Shown here in pieces: positions 43,019 through 51,798 of a DNA stretch of 64,000 nt. The stretch covers positions 31,631 to 95,630 of the forward strand of contig JAFZVB010000010.1 of assembly GCA_017618055.1 (NCBI GenBank), written 5' to 3'. The DNA is from Clostridia bacterium. GTDB lineage: Bacteria; Bacillota; Clostridia; Christensenellales; CAG-917. Position 1 is the first letter of the stretch. Each line of letters opens with the position of its first letter. The notes beneath the pieces are model-generated. The model did no database searches and was not told where the DNA came from. It was given only the letters and a program-made list of their open reading frames with translations. Made by a program: the position numbers and the translations under genes.

Positions 43019-43870
43019 TTATCTATCCTTCCACATTGTGTAATATTCTTCGTCTTCGTCTATATCGTGTTCTTGAATCTCTGCTTCTTCTGCTTTCTTT
43101 TTCTTTGCATTTCTAATTCCAACAAGAACACCTACTCCAATTATATCAATAATAATACCTACTAAGCAGAGGATCCAATATGGATGCCATAATCCCATTG
43201 TTATTCCTAAAATTATGTATAACATAACACAGAATATTTCAACAAATGCTCCATATCCTAAATACTTTAATTTTGTTCCAGATAAGTCTAGCATTACTGC
43301 AAGTACGCCTATGAGGATTACTGGCATAACTAAGAATGCAAGCCATGATTTACTAAATCCAAATAAGATTTGAAGTACTAGAAATACAAATACTGTTAAA
43401 AGAACTATATCTATATCAACAAATATTTGGGCTATTAAATATTTCTTTTTCTTAATTAGGATTGCACCAAATAATGTAGAAACAGCAGCCGCACCAAAGA
43501 ATATGCCACCAACTAAGATTAGCCATGTTTTACCCCAAGCATTACCAATTGCGAAACTTGTAATTAAATATGCTGCAACTATTGTTATTACAAATGCCAC
43601 AGAAATAATTAATCCAAGGACAACATTTCTCTTTGCCGTCTTAACTTTCTTTGAACGGTTTTCAAAGTCTATTAGGTTTTGTCTAACATCTCCTAATGAA
43701 TCAATACACATATCATATATTAAATCATCGTCTGTCATGCCCTTAATTTTTAGATCTTGTGCCTTTTCAAGCAATTGTGTAAGCATTTCCTCACGAAGCT
43801 CATAGGCGGCCTTGGTTGGTTTAATTGCCCTAAATTCTCTTTCTAAATATCTTTTAAAACGATCTATCAT
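43019..43870 (-). CDS. PadR-associated polytopic membrane protein, paralogue 2 (N-terminal DUF1700/HAAS-like helical domain)
   Basis: Start chosen at MIDRFKRYLEREFRAIKPTKAAYELREEML because of GGAGG upstream. Clear paralogy to the 43884-44714 product, including the C-terminal EEYYTMWKD versus EKYYTTWKE. Confidence 0.6.
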   Translation of the reverse strand: MIDRFKRYLEREFRAIKPTKAAYELREEMLTQLLEKAQDLKIKGMTDDDLIYDMCIDSLGDVRQNLIDFENRSKKVKTAKRNVVLGLIISVAFVITIVAAYLITSFAIGNAWGKTWLILVGGIFFGAAAVSTLFGAILIKKKKYLIAQIFVDIDIVLLTVFVFLVLQILFGFSKSWLAFLVMPVILIGVLAVMLDLSGTKLKYLGYGAFVEIFCVMLYIILGITMGLWHPYWILCLVGIIIDIIGVGVLVGIRNAKKKKAEEAEIQEHDIDEDEEYYTMWKDR

Positions 43871-43883
43871 ATTGCCCCTCCAA

Positions 43884-44714
43884 TTATTCTTTCCAAGTTG
43901 TATAATATTTTTCATCTAATTCTTCTTTCTTCTTTTTAGACCATAAGCAGAATACGATTACTACAAGTAAAACATCTATTGCAGCACCTGCTACTGGAAG
44001 AATCCAGAATATGCCCCAGGAGATAAATCCTAATAATGCTAAACAAATATATAAGAATGTTGTTAGTGCCATTATCAAGAATAATAAATCTATAAAAGCA
44101 CTCTTTCTTTGTCCAAATGAATATGCAAGTGCACAATCCGCAAACAATAATATTAAAACCATTGCTAAGAATATCATCCATGATCTGCTGTTATATTGTG
44201 GTATTAATACCACAAATGCTAGATAAAGTGCTACAAACAGCAACGTTATAATAATAGAAGCCTCAAACCTTAAAACAAAATATCTCTTTTTCTTAACCAT
44301 TGTTGGTATATTTGCGCAGAGAATTCCGATAGTTACAAGGAATGCTCCACAAACTTCTATTAACCAAGTCTTGCTCCATGCTTTTGTAACAAAACTTATT
44401 GCAAGATATGCTACGGTAATAATAAAGAAAGCACTAATGGCTATTAAAAGAACTTGTGCTGTTTTTAATGCTGCCTTTTTAAGATTTAATCTATCTTGCT
44501 CAAACATTTTTAATGTGGCATCAAAATCTCCAAGTGTATCTATACATTTATCATAGATAATATCTTCATTATTTTCTCCGTTGTTTCTAAAGTTTCTAGC
44601 ATGATCCAACAAAGTTGAGTAAACTTCCTCTCTATATTCCATAGCCTCTTTTGTTGGCTTAATTGAATGAAATTTGTCTTCTAGGTATTTCTTAAATCTC
44701 TGTTCTAAAATCAT
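43884..44714 (-). CDS. PadR-associated polytopic membrane protein, paralogue 1
   Basis: MILEQRFKKYLEDKFHSIKPTKEAMEYREEVY.., followed by about 6 TM segments. ATGA overlap with the padR stop suggests translational coupling. Confidence 0.6.
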   Translation of the reverse strand: MILEQRFKKYLEDKFHSIKPTKEAMEYREEVYSTLLDHARNFRNNGENNEDIIYDKCIDTLGDFDATLKMFEQDRLNLKKAALKTAQVLLIAISAFFIITVAYLAISFVTKAWSKTWLIEVCGAFLVTIGILCANIPTMVKKKRYFVLRFEASIIITLLFVALYLAFVVLIPQYNSRSWMIFLAMVLILLFADCALAYSFGQRKSAFIDLLFLIMALTTFLYICLALLGFISWGIFWILPVAGAAIDVLLVVIVFCLWSKKKKEELDEKYYTTWKE

Positions 44715-45049
44715 TTTTGCTCGTCTCCTATTATTAATTTCATTAATATTTTATTTATCTTTAACCATTCGCTGGATTTTTCTTTATAATACTCTTTGCC
44801 TTTTTCTGTTATGGTATAATATCTACGTCTTGCCCCACCTGTATCATCATTTCCCCAATATGCTTTAATTAACTCGCTTTCTTCCATTCTTCTGAAAGCG
44901 ATATAAATAGTTGCATCTTTAATATCAATTTCACCACCACTGACTTCTGAAATCATATGGGATATTTCATACCCATATGTGTCCCCTTCCATCAACTTTC
45001 TAAGAATTACTGTTTCAGTATATCCTCTTAATACATCTGCGCTAACCAT
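44711..45049 (-). CDS. padR: PadR family transcriptional regulator
   Basis: MVSADVLRGYTETVILRKLMEGDTYGYEI...RRYYTITEKGKEYY. The start at 45049 follows GGAG-taatt. The longer ORF-track start lacks an SD. Confidence 0.8.
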   Translation of the reverse strand: MVSADVLRGYTETVILRKLMEGDTYGYEISHMISEVSGGEIDIKDATIYIAFRRMEESELIKAYWGNDDTGGARRRYYTITEKGKEYYKEKSSEWLKINKILMKLIIGDEQK

Positions 45050-45073
45050 AATTACTCCATTAAAAAGGTTTAA

Positions 45074-45094
45074 GTATTTAATCTGTTTAGATAC
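45074..45094. promoter_or_regulatory. imperfect inverted repeat just downstream of the padR -10 (candidate PadR operator)
   Basis: Minus strand reads GTATCTAAAC-a-GATTAAATAC, with 8 of 10 positions symmetric. Confidence 0.3.
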
Positions 45095-45123
45095 ATAATA
45101 CATTTTATATAATGGTCTGTCAA
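45095..45123 (-). promoter_or_regulatory. putative padR operon promoter
   Basis: Minus strand reads TTGACA (45123-45118), 17 nt, TATTAT (45100-45095). Confidence 0.55.
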
Positions 45124-45166
45124 TAGAAAAATAAAACATATCACAAAATTTTTATAAAATAATCGG

Positions 45167-45195
45167 TTGACAAATAAAGGCAAATATCATATTAT
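45167..45195 (+). promoter_or_regulatory. putative promoter of the tRNA cluster
   Basis: TTGACA (45167-45172), 17 nt, TATTAT (45190-45195). The first tRNA starts about 18 nt downstream. Confidence 0.55.
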
Positions 45196-45212
45196 AATCA
45201 AGCATAATTCGA

Positions 45213-45287
45213 TGCGGGGTAGAGCAGTGGTAGCTCGTCAGGCCCATAACCTGAAGGTCGTTGGTTCGAGTCCTTCCCCCGCTACCA
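45213..45287 (+). tRNA. tRNA-Met (CAU), initiator-like but atypical
   Basis: The acceptor and D arm closely resemble the B. subtilis initiator (GCGGGGT.GAGCAG..GTAGCTCGTC). Anticodon loop is cCCAUAa. There is a 1:72 mismatch (U.U), only two G-C pairs at the base of the anticodon stem, and two U.U mismatches in the T stem (GTTGG/CCTTC). Confidence 0.6.
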
Positions 45288-45294
45288 CCAGTAT

Positions 45295-45372
45295 GGCGGC
45301 ATAGCTCAGTTGGTCTAGAGCGGTCGGTTCATACCCGACAGGTCGACGGTTCGAATCCATCTGCCGCTACCA
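45295..45372 (+). tRNA. tRNA-Met (CAU), elongator type
   Basis: GGCGGCATAGCTCAGTTGG..GGTTCATACCCGAC..TTCGAAT..CTACCA. Resembles the Bacillus elongator Met. CCA is encoded. Confidence 0.75.
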
Positions 45373-45390
45373 ACTGAAATATGCAAATAC

Positions 45391-45465
45391 GGCTCTGTGG
45401 TCAAGCGGTTAAGACACCGCCCTTTCACGGCGGTCACCCGGGTTCGAATCCCGGCAGAGTCACCA
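45391..45465 (+). tRNA. tRNA-Glu (UUC)
   Basis: Cloverleaf with anticodon stem CCGCC/GGCGG, loop cTTTCAc, T arm CCGGG-TTCGAAT-CCCGG. CCA is encoded. Confidence 0.85.
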
Positions 45466-45469
45466 AAAT

Positions 45470-45546
45470 GGAGGTTTAGCTCAGTTGGTCAGAGCACTTG
45501 CCTTACAAGCAAGGGGTCATAGGTTCGAGCCCTATAACCTCCACCA
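45470..45546 (+). tRNA. tRNA-Val (UAC)
   Basis: Acceptor GGAGGTT/AACCTCC, anticodon stem CTTGC/GCAAG with loop cTTACAa, T arm ATAGG-TTCGAGC-CCTAT. CCA is encoded. Confidence 0.85.
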
Positions 45547-45556
45547 AAATGGAAAG

Positions 45557-45590
45557 TCCTTCTACATATTGTGGGAGGATTTTTTATTTT
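45557..45590 (+). terminator. rho-independent terminator after the tRNA cluster
   Basis: TCCTTCTACA-tat-TGTGGGAGGA forms a 10-bp stem with two G.U pairs, followed by TTTTTTATTTT. Confidence 0.6.
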
Positions 45591-45665
45591 ATTTTTTCAC
45601 CACTCTTCTCTATCTTTCTTTTTTATCTAATATATGCTAATATATGTAAAAAAGAACGGAGTTTA

Positions 45666-46235
45666 ATGATGGGAGAAATTTTTGATAAAGCTGTTCAATT
45701 TGCTTTCCAAGCACACAAGGGACAATTTAGAAAAGATGGCACTATGTATATTCTACACCCTTTAGAAACTGCTGCTATTGTTAGCACAATGACAAAGGAT
45801 GAAGACATTCTTGCTGCCGCCGTTTTACATGATACCGTTGAAGATACTCCAGTAACTGCAGAAGATATTAGAGCAACATTTGGAGATAAAATTGCAGAAC
45901 TAGTTGCTCATGAGACAGAGAACAAACGTCCTGAACAAAGTGCAGCAAAAACATGGAAAATTAGAAAAGAAGAAGAAAGCCTAGCTGTTTTAAAAGATTC
46001 TAATATAGAAAGCAAGATGATTTGGATTGCAGATAAGTTATCTAATATGCGCTCTCTTCTAAGAATATATGAAGATATTGGTCTTGATGTATTTAAGGCC
46101 TTTAATGAAAAAGATCCAAAAGAACAAAGATGGTATCATGCAACAGTTCTGGAATACACAAAAGAATTGTCCGAATACGCAGCATTTAAAGAATATAAAC
46201 ATATCTTTAAAAAGATATTCGATTCCCACAAATAA
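45666..46235 (+). CDS. stand-alone HD-domain (p)ppGpp pyrophosphohydrolase (RelA/SpoT hydrolase-only, SAH-like)
   Basis: A..FAFQAHKGQFRKDGTMYILHPLETAAIV..ILAAAVLHDTVEDT..FGDKIAELV matches the SpoT HD-domain blocks. The ORF-track start at 45498 overlaps tRNA-Val and was rejected. Confidence 0.8.
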   Translation: MMGEIFDKAVQFAFQAHKGQFRKDGTMYILHPLETAAIVSTMTKDEDILAAAVLHDTVEDTPVTAEDIRATFGDKIAELVAHETENKRPEQSAAKTWKIRKEEESLAVLKDSNIESKMIWIADKLSNMRSLLRIYEDIGLDVFKAFNEKDPKEQRWYHATVLEYTKELSEYAAFKEYKHIFKKIFDSHK

Positions 46236-46246
46236 GGAGTTTTAAT

Positions 46247-47374
46247 ATGGTAATTAAACTAAAAGGAAGAATTGATTCCTCTAACGCAGCCGAAACCGAG
46301 ATGAATATTAACGAGCAACTCGGTGATAATGTAAATGAACTAATACTAGATGTAGACGAACTAGAATATATTTCAAGCGCAGGTCTTAGAGTTATTTTAC
46401 GCTTAAAGAAACAAATCCCTAATACCAAAGTAATAAATTGCAATTCAGATATCTATGATATTTTTGATATGACTGGATTCTCCGAAATGATGGAAATAAC
46501 CAAAGCATTTAGAAAAATCTCCATAGATAATTGTGAAATTATTGGAGAAGGTGCAAATGGTATTGTATATAGAACAGATCCGGACACCATTGTTAAAGTA
46601 TATAAAATGCCAGATTCTCTTAATGAAATTAACAAAGAAAGAGAGCTTGCCAGAAAAGCCTTTGTTATGGGAATTCCAACAGCCATTCCATATGATGTTG
46701 TTAAAGTTGGAGATTTGTATGGTTCTGTATTTGAAATGCTAAATGCAAAATCTTTTGCAGTATTACTTGAAGAAGGTGAAGATATAGATAAACTTGTAGA
46801 AGAAAGTGTTGATATATTAAAGATTATCCATTCCACAACTCTTAAGAATGGCGAACTTCCTAACAAAAAATTTGAAGGAGTAAAATGGGCAGAATATTGC
46901 GTCCCATATCTTCCTAAAGAAGTTGGAGAAAAACTTGTTAAATTGTTCAAAGAAATTCCTGAAACAAATAATATGATTCATGGAGATTATCATATTAAAA
47001 ATATTATGAGACAAGGCAAAGAAAATCTTTTAATAGATATGGACACTCTTTCTCTTGGTCATATTGTATTTGAATTTGCTCAAATGTATATAACATATCA
47101 TGGATATAGCGAAATAGACCATAACGATTCCAAACGTTTCTTCAATGTAGATTATGATACTATCAGAGCATTCTGGAACAAGTCATTAAAGTGTTATTTC
47201 AACAATAAAGATGATGCTTATATTAATAGTGTTGTAGATAAGGCTAGAATTATTGCATACACAAGAATGCTACGTAGATCTATAAAACACAAACTAAACA
47301 ATGATGTTGTTGAAGAACATTGCAAGAAACTACTAACTGAATTAGTGCCTGTCACAGACTCATTATCTTTTTAA
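46247..47374 (+). CDS. STAS (anti-sigma-antagonist-like) domain fused to a protein-kinase-like/APH-fold domain
   Basis: N-terminus reads ..LILDVDELEYISSAGLRVILRLKK..DIFDMTGF. Downstream are GEGANGIVY..VKVYK (Gly loop plus Lys), HGDYHIKNIM (catalytic loop) and LIDMDT. AAGGAG-N7-ATG. Confidence 0.7.
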   Translation: MVIKLKGRIDSSNAAETEMNINEQLGDNVNELILDVDELEYISSAGLRVILRLKKQIPNTKVINCNSDIYDIFDMTGFSEMMEITKAFRKISIDNCEIIGEGANGIVYRTDPDTIVKVYKMPDSLNEINKERELARKAFVMGIPTAIPYDVVKVGDLYGSVFEMLNAKSFAVLLEEGEDIDKLVEESVDILKIIHSTTLKNGELPNKKFEGVKWAEYCVPYLPKEVGEKLVKLFKEIPETNNMIHGDYHIKNIMRQGKENLLIDMDTLSLGHIVFEFAQMYITYHGYSEIDHNDSKRFFNVDYDTIRAFWNKSLKCYFNNKDDAYINSVVDKARIIAYTRMLRRSIKHKLNNDVVEEHCKKLLTELVPVTDSLSF

Positions 47375-47390
47375 TAAATAAGGAATAAAT

Positions 47391-49427
47391 ATGAAGAAGT
47401 CATCTCGTAAAATATATTTTAATCTATCCGCCATTATCATTGGTGTTGTTGTAGTATTACTTGTAATATTCAGCATTATTATAACAACCCTGGGTTATTA
47501 TGCTTTTAATGATTCATATACTAAAGAGGTAACCGAAACCACATACTATATGGCAGATACAGCCACATCTTTGGTAAATGGAGACCACATAGATGACTAT
47601 CTTGCTGGCAATGAAACAGCAGAATGGGAAAAGACAAATGCCAACCTCAATATTTATGTAAAGAAGATTAGGGTTACTATTCTTTATTTAATTAAGGTGG
47701 ATACAAGTGATTATAATAGTTTTGTATCTATATTCAATGCTGTAAATAATGAAATTGAAAATACAAACTATACACCTTGGGAACTTGGTTTTAAGCGCAA
47801 GACAACAAATGAAGAATACCGTCAAAAATATATAAACATATATGAGAATGGCAGTCCATATGAAACAGTCTTTAGAGCAAAAACAACAGATGGACAGAGA
47901 CCACACATAACAACAATTGCTCCTGTTAAAGATTCTAATGGCAAAGTTGTTGCTCTTATGTGTATACATAGAACAATGGATGGCATATCCCATGCAAGAC
48001 AAAAATTCATGGACTATACTGCTTTGACTGCTCTTGGCATGGCATTGCTTGCTGCCATCTTCTATATAATATTTATTAGAAAAGCATTCATCCGTCCTAT
48101 TAGACAAATATCCTCTGAGGCAACTCGTTTTGCAAGTGAGAATTCAAAGAGTGATCCTATTGGTGATGTAAGCAAGTTCAAAGAGATAGCAAACCTTGCA
48201 CATTCCATTGATACAATGGAAACAGATATGCTTAATTACATTGATGCTATTACAACGGCAACAGCAGAAAAGGAAAAAGTAGCAGCCGAATTATCTGTTG
48301 CAACATCCATACAGGAAGCATCTATTCCAAATAGTTTCCCTGCATTCCCAGAAAGAAACGACTTCGACATATATGGTGCAATGATACCCGCAAAAGAGAT
48401 TGGTGGCGACCTATTCAACTTCTTCTTAATTGATGACAACCATCTAGCTTTTGTAATTGGCGATGTATCTGGCAAAGGAGTTCCAGCAGCATTATTTATG
48501 ATGGTTACCAACATTCTTATTTCTGAAATAGCTAAATCTGGTGGCACACCTGGTGAAATATTAGAAAAGGTAAATAACCGTCTATGTGAACATAACCAAG
48601 CAGATATGTTTGTAACATTATGGTTAGGAATACTTGAAATATCTACTGGCAAAGTTATAGCTGCCAATGGCGGACATGATGATGCGGCAATATATCATCA
48701 AGACTCTAGCACATTTGATTTACTCAAGACTAAGCACGGTGTATTAGTTGGAACAATGCCAGGAGTTAAATATAAGGATTTCGAATTTAAGCTTAACAAA
48801 GGAGACAAAATATTCTTATATACAGATGGTGTACCAGAAGCAACTAATGCAGATAAAAAGATGTTCACTCTCAACAAAATGTTAAGAACACTTAATGTTA
48901 ACAAGAATAAATCTGTACAAAGAATAATAGAAGGCGTAAAAGAAAGTGCATTTGAGTTTGTCGGAGATGCTCCACAATTTGATGACATGACAATGCTCTG
49001 CATACAATTGGGCAAAAATGATGCAAAAGAACTTGTTGTAGATGCAAATACAGATAACCTTTCTCAAGTAACTTCATTTATATCTTCTTTCTTAAAAGAA
49101 AACAATTGTCCTGAAAAAACCGAAAAACAAATCATATTAGCAATTGATGAAGCCTTCACTAACATTGCAAATTATGCATATGGAGACAAAGAAGGAAAAG
49201 TTGAGATAAGTATCCAAAAAGACGATAATGTGATAACAATTGTTATGAGGGATGAAGGAAAGATATTTGATCCTTTAAAAAAAGACGATCCAGATCTTTC
49301 ATTATCTGCAGAAGAAAGACAAATTGGTGGGCTTGGAGTATTCTTGGTAAAGAAAAACTTAGATGATGTTTCTTATTCTTATGAGAATAACAGAAATGTC
49401 CTTACAATGAAAAAGATAATTAAATAA
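47391..49427 (+). CDS. membrane sensor with Cache-like ectodomain, PP2C/SpoIIE phosphatase and C-terminal RsbW/SpoIIAB-type kinase (HATPase) domain
   Basis: TM1 at about aa 12-38, an ectodomain of about 170 aa and TM2 at about aa 205-228. PP2C motifs are EIGGDLFNF, VIGDVSGKGVPAALFM and LYTDGVPEA. The kinase domain has the N-box AIDEAFTNIANYAY, then MRDEGKIFDP and IGGLGVFLV. Confidence 0.8.
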   Translation: MKKSSRKIYFNLSAIIIGVVVVLLVIFSIIITTLGYYAFNDSYTKEVTETTYYMADTATSLVNGDHIDDYLAGNETAEWEKTNANLNIYVKKIRVTILYLIKVDTSDYNSFVSIFNAVNNEIENTNYTPWELGFKRKTTNEEYRQKYINIYENGSPYETVFRAKTTDGQRPHITTIAPVKDSNGKVVALMCIHRTMDGISHARQKFMDYTALTALGMALLAAIFYIIFIRKAFIRPIRQISSEATRFASENSKSDPIGDVSKFKEIANLAHSIDTMETDMLNYIDAITTATAEKEKVAAELSVATSIQEASIPNSFPAFPERNDFDIYGAMIPAKEIGGDLFNFFLIDDNHLAFVIGDVSGKGVPAALFMMVTNILISEIAKSGGTPGEILEKVNNRLCEHNQADMFVTLWLGILEISTGKVIAANGGHDDAAIYHQDSSTFDLLKTKHGVLVGTMPGVKYKDFEFKLNKGDKIFLYTDGVPEATNADKKMFTLNKMLRTLNVNKNKSVQRIIEGVKESAFEFVGDAPQFDDMTMLCIQLGKNDAKELVVDANTDNLSQVTSFISSFLKENNCPEKTEKQIILAIDEAFTNIANYAYGDKEGKVEISIQKDDNVITIVMRDEGKIFDPLKKDDPDLSLSAEERQIGGLGVFLVKKNLDDVSYSYENNRNVLTMKKIIK

Positions 49428-49431
49428 TAGT

Positions 49432-50883
49432 TTATTGTTGTTCTATTTCAACAGTCTCTTCTGGCTCTAGGATTTCATTGCCATCCTTTACAAATTTCTT
49501 ACACCAAATACCAGAACGTAAGATTATAAATCCTACCGTCATTTTAATTATTTCTAAAGACTGTATTGTTAAATACATCCAAATTATATCTAAGTTCGTT
49601 AATCTAGATATTATAATTGCAACAGGTACTGGAACAACCCAAGTATAGAAACTATCAAAAAGGAATGTAATTAAAGTTCTTCCACCAGCACGGATTGTAA
49701 AATATGCACAATTAATTATTGCCTCTAATGGAACAAAGCATGCTGCAACTATCATAATATATTTTGCAAGTTCCTTTGCTTCATCGGATGTGTTATATAG
49801 GCTTGGGAACACGAATGCTAAACCAATATATAAACCAGTCAATATCAAACCAAGCGTTGTTGAAAATGCCATAAGTTTTCTGGAAGAATCTTTTGCTCTT
49901 TCCATATCTCCAGAGCCAAGTATATTTCCAACTATAATGCCAGTAGCAACACCCATAGTTAAATAACCTGATGCAAATAGGTTGTTAATAGTGCTTTGAA
50001 TATTAAGAGCAGCAACTACAACCAATCCCCTTACAGAATAGCATTGAACTATCATGGATATTCCTAAAGACCATAAAACCTCGTTAATAAATACTGGTGT
50101 TCCTCTTTTAATATATGCCTTACATTCTTCAAGTGGAACTTTAAGAGATCTCCAAACACCTTTAAAGTATGGCATCTTCTTTGAAACATGACACCAAACA
50201 ACAATTATTATTGCTTCTACATATCTTGAAACTACTGTTGCGATAGCGGCACCATCTACACCTAGTTCAGGTGCACCCCATTTGCCATATATTAAGACAT
50301 AGTTTAAAACCAGGTTTACAGCAACAGCACATAATCCAGCCACCATTGGAGGCATAGTTCTTTGTGCACTTCTAACTGTTCCAGCATAAACTTGAGATAC
50401 TACAAAAGCAGGAAGTCCTATTACCATTAGTGAAAGATAACTTGAACCAAATTCAAGAGTTGCCTGTGCATCTCCTATTGTTCCCGTATCATGAAGATAT
50501 AAATTAATTAATGCCTTTCCTGCTCCACCAAAAATGAAAACACTGGCAACAAATAATGCCAATCCCCAATACATAGAGAAACGTATTGAGTGCTTCATAC
50601 CTGTCTCATTCTTTGATCCAAAGTATTGTGCTGTGAAAATACCTACGCCAGATGTTGCTCCAAATATAGCAAGGTTAAATACAAATAAAAGAATATTGGC
50701 AATAGAAACACCCGACATTTCCTCTGTTCCTACTCTACCAACCATAATATTATCTAAGAGGGCAACAAAGTTTGTAATAACATTCTGTATTAAAATAGGT
50801 ACTGCTACTGCAAATACCATTTTATAAAAAGCTTTATCGCCTATAATCTTTGAAAATACATTGTTCTTCTTATCTAGTTCCAT
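49432..50883 (-). CDS. MATE family efflux transporter
   Basis: ..ILIQNVITNFVALLDNIMVGRVGTEEMSGVSIAN.. with 12 TM-like segments. The start is set at MELDKKNN (50883). Confidence 0.8.
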   Translation of the reverse strand: MELDKKNNVFSKIIGDKAFYKMVFAVAVPILIQNVITNFVALLDNIMVGRVGTEEMSGVSIANILLFVFNLAIFGATSGVGIFTAQYFGSKNETGMKHSIRFSMYWGLALFVASVFIFGGAGKALINLYLHDTGTIGDAQATLEFGSSYLSLMVIGLPAFVVSQVYAGTVRSAQRTMPPMVAGLCAVAVNLVLNYVLIYGKWGAPELGVDGAAIATVVSRYVEAIIIVVWCHVSKKMPYFKGVWRSLKVPLEECKAYIKRGTPVFINEVLWSLGISMIVQCYSVRGLVVVAALNIQSTINNLFASGYLTMGVATGIIVGNILGSGDMERAKDSSRKLMAFSTTLGLILTGLYIGLAFVFPSLYNTSDEAKELAKYIMIVAACFVPLEAIINCAYFTIRAGGRTLITFLFDSFYTWVVPVPVAIIISRLTNLDIIWMYLTIQSLEIIKMTVGFIILRSGIWCKKFVKDGNEILEPEETVEIEQQ

Positions 50884-50939
50884 ATTTACCTGCCAATGCA
50901 AAAGTATATCATATGCATTGATTCTTACATAATACTTTA

Positions 50940-50972
50940 AAATAAAAATCTCCAAGAAATTAATCTTGGAGA
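50940..50972 (-). terminator. rho-independent terminator
   Basis: TCTCCAAGA-aattaa-TCTTGGAGA is a 9-bp perfect stem. A T-tract follows on the minus strand. Confidence 0.6.
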
Positions 50973-50997
50973 AATCTAACTATTTAATTTGAGCCTT

Positions 50998-51723
50998 TTA
51001 TTTGATTACTAGATACAACTTCATTTGTTCTTCAATCTTTACAATCTGAACTTTACAAAGACTCTTTCTCTCTAGTTCCTTCTTAAGTCCGCACCAAATA
51101 GCACGTATCATAAGGATATCTCTTGAGTCTAATGCGTTTGCAAGTCCCTCTAACATAAGGAGAAGGTCATCTCTATCTGATTCAGATAATGCTGCTGAAG
51201 ATATTTCGTTTACCATTGTAAGAATGATATCTTCTGTTTGTTCATAGATTCCGTTTGAAGCAAATGCTATTGTTCTTCCATCTTCTGCAAAGTTTTCTTC
51301 CTCTATTCCATTTACAACCAAGTTTGCAAGTGCCATCTTGAAAGGATCCATAACTTCACAAACGAATTTGTTTACACTTTCTTGTTGAGACATGCTTGGA
51401 TAATACTTGCAAGAGAATGTGATGATGTCTTCTGTGCGTTCATCGAATTCCAAGAACAAATTAAAAATAAAGGCAACAAGTTCTTTATCTCCACCAGGAG
51501 CTCTAAAGAAATCTCTTCCGTTTACTGTTATTAATGCCTTTCTTTTTTCTTCGAAATAATTAAAATGTCTTGAAGCAATTGTTAATACTCTCTTGAATTC
51601 ATCATAATAAGCAAGCAACTTTAAAAGAGATTTTACCTTCTTATCTAAGAAGATAATACTATCTCTCTTCATTTCTTCTATTATAGCAACTAATGCTTCT
51701 ATTCCTTCGCCGTTATATTCCAT
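50998..51723 (-). CDS. hypothetical cytoplasmic protein
   Basis: 241-aa ORF with its own terminator and no recognisable motif. Confidence 0.4.
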   Translation of the reverse strand: MEYNGEGIEALVAIIEEMKRDSIIFLDKKVKSLLKLLAYYDEFKRVLTIASRHFNYFEEKRKALITVNGRDFFRAPGGDKELVAFIFNLFLEFDERTEDIITFSCKYYPSMSQQESVNKFVCEVMDPFKMALANLVVNGIEEENFAEDGRTIAFASNGIYEQTEDIILTMVNEISSAALSESDRDDLLLMLEGLANALDSRDILMIRAIWCGLKKELERKSLCKVQIVKIEEQMKLYLVIK

Positions 51724-51798
51724 GTGTTTATAATACCATTAAAGCGTAATTTTAGCAATAATATACAACCCTAAATACTTGTTAAAAATTAAGAGGAA

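Noticed and set aside
45498-45665. An upstream extension of the HD-domain ORF (MPYKQGVIGSSPITSTKMES...).
   Set aside because: It overlaps tRNA-Val and the tRNA-cluster terminator. The conserved HD domain starts at MMGEIFDKAV, preceded by an acGGAG.
46207-49067. Minus-strand ORFs opposite the STAS-kinase and PP2C genes, e.g. 46453-46950, 47688-48107 and 48236-48667.
   Set aside because: These are antisense shadows with no motifs and no SD. The sense-strand genes carry clear domain signatures.
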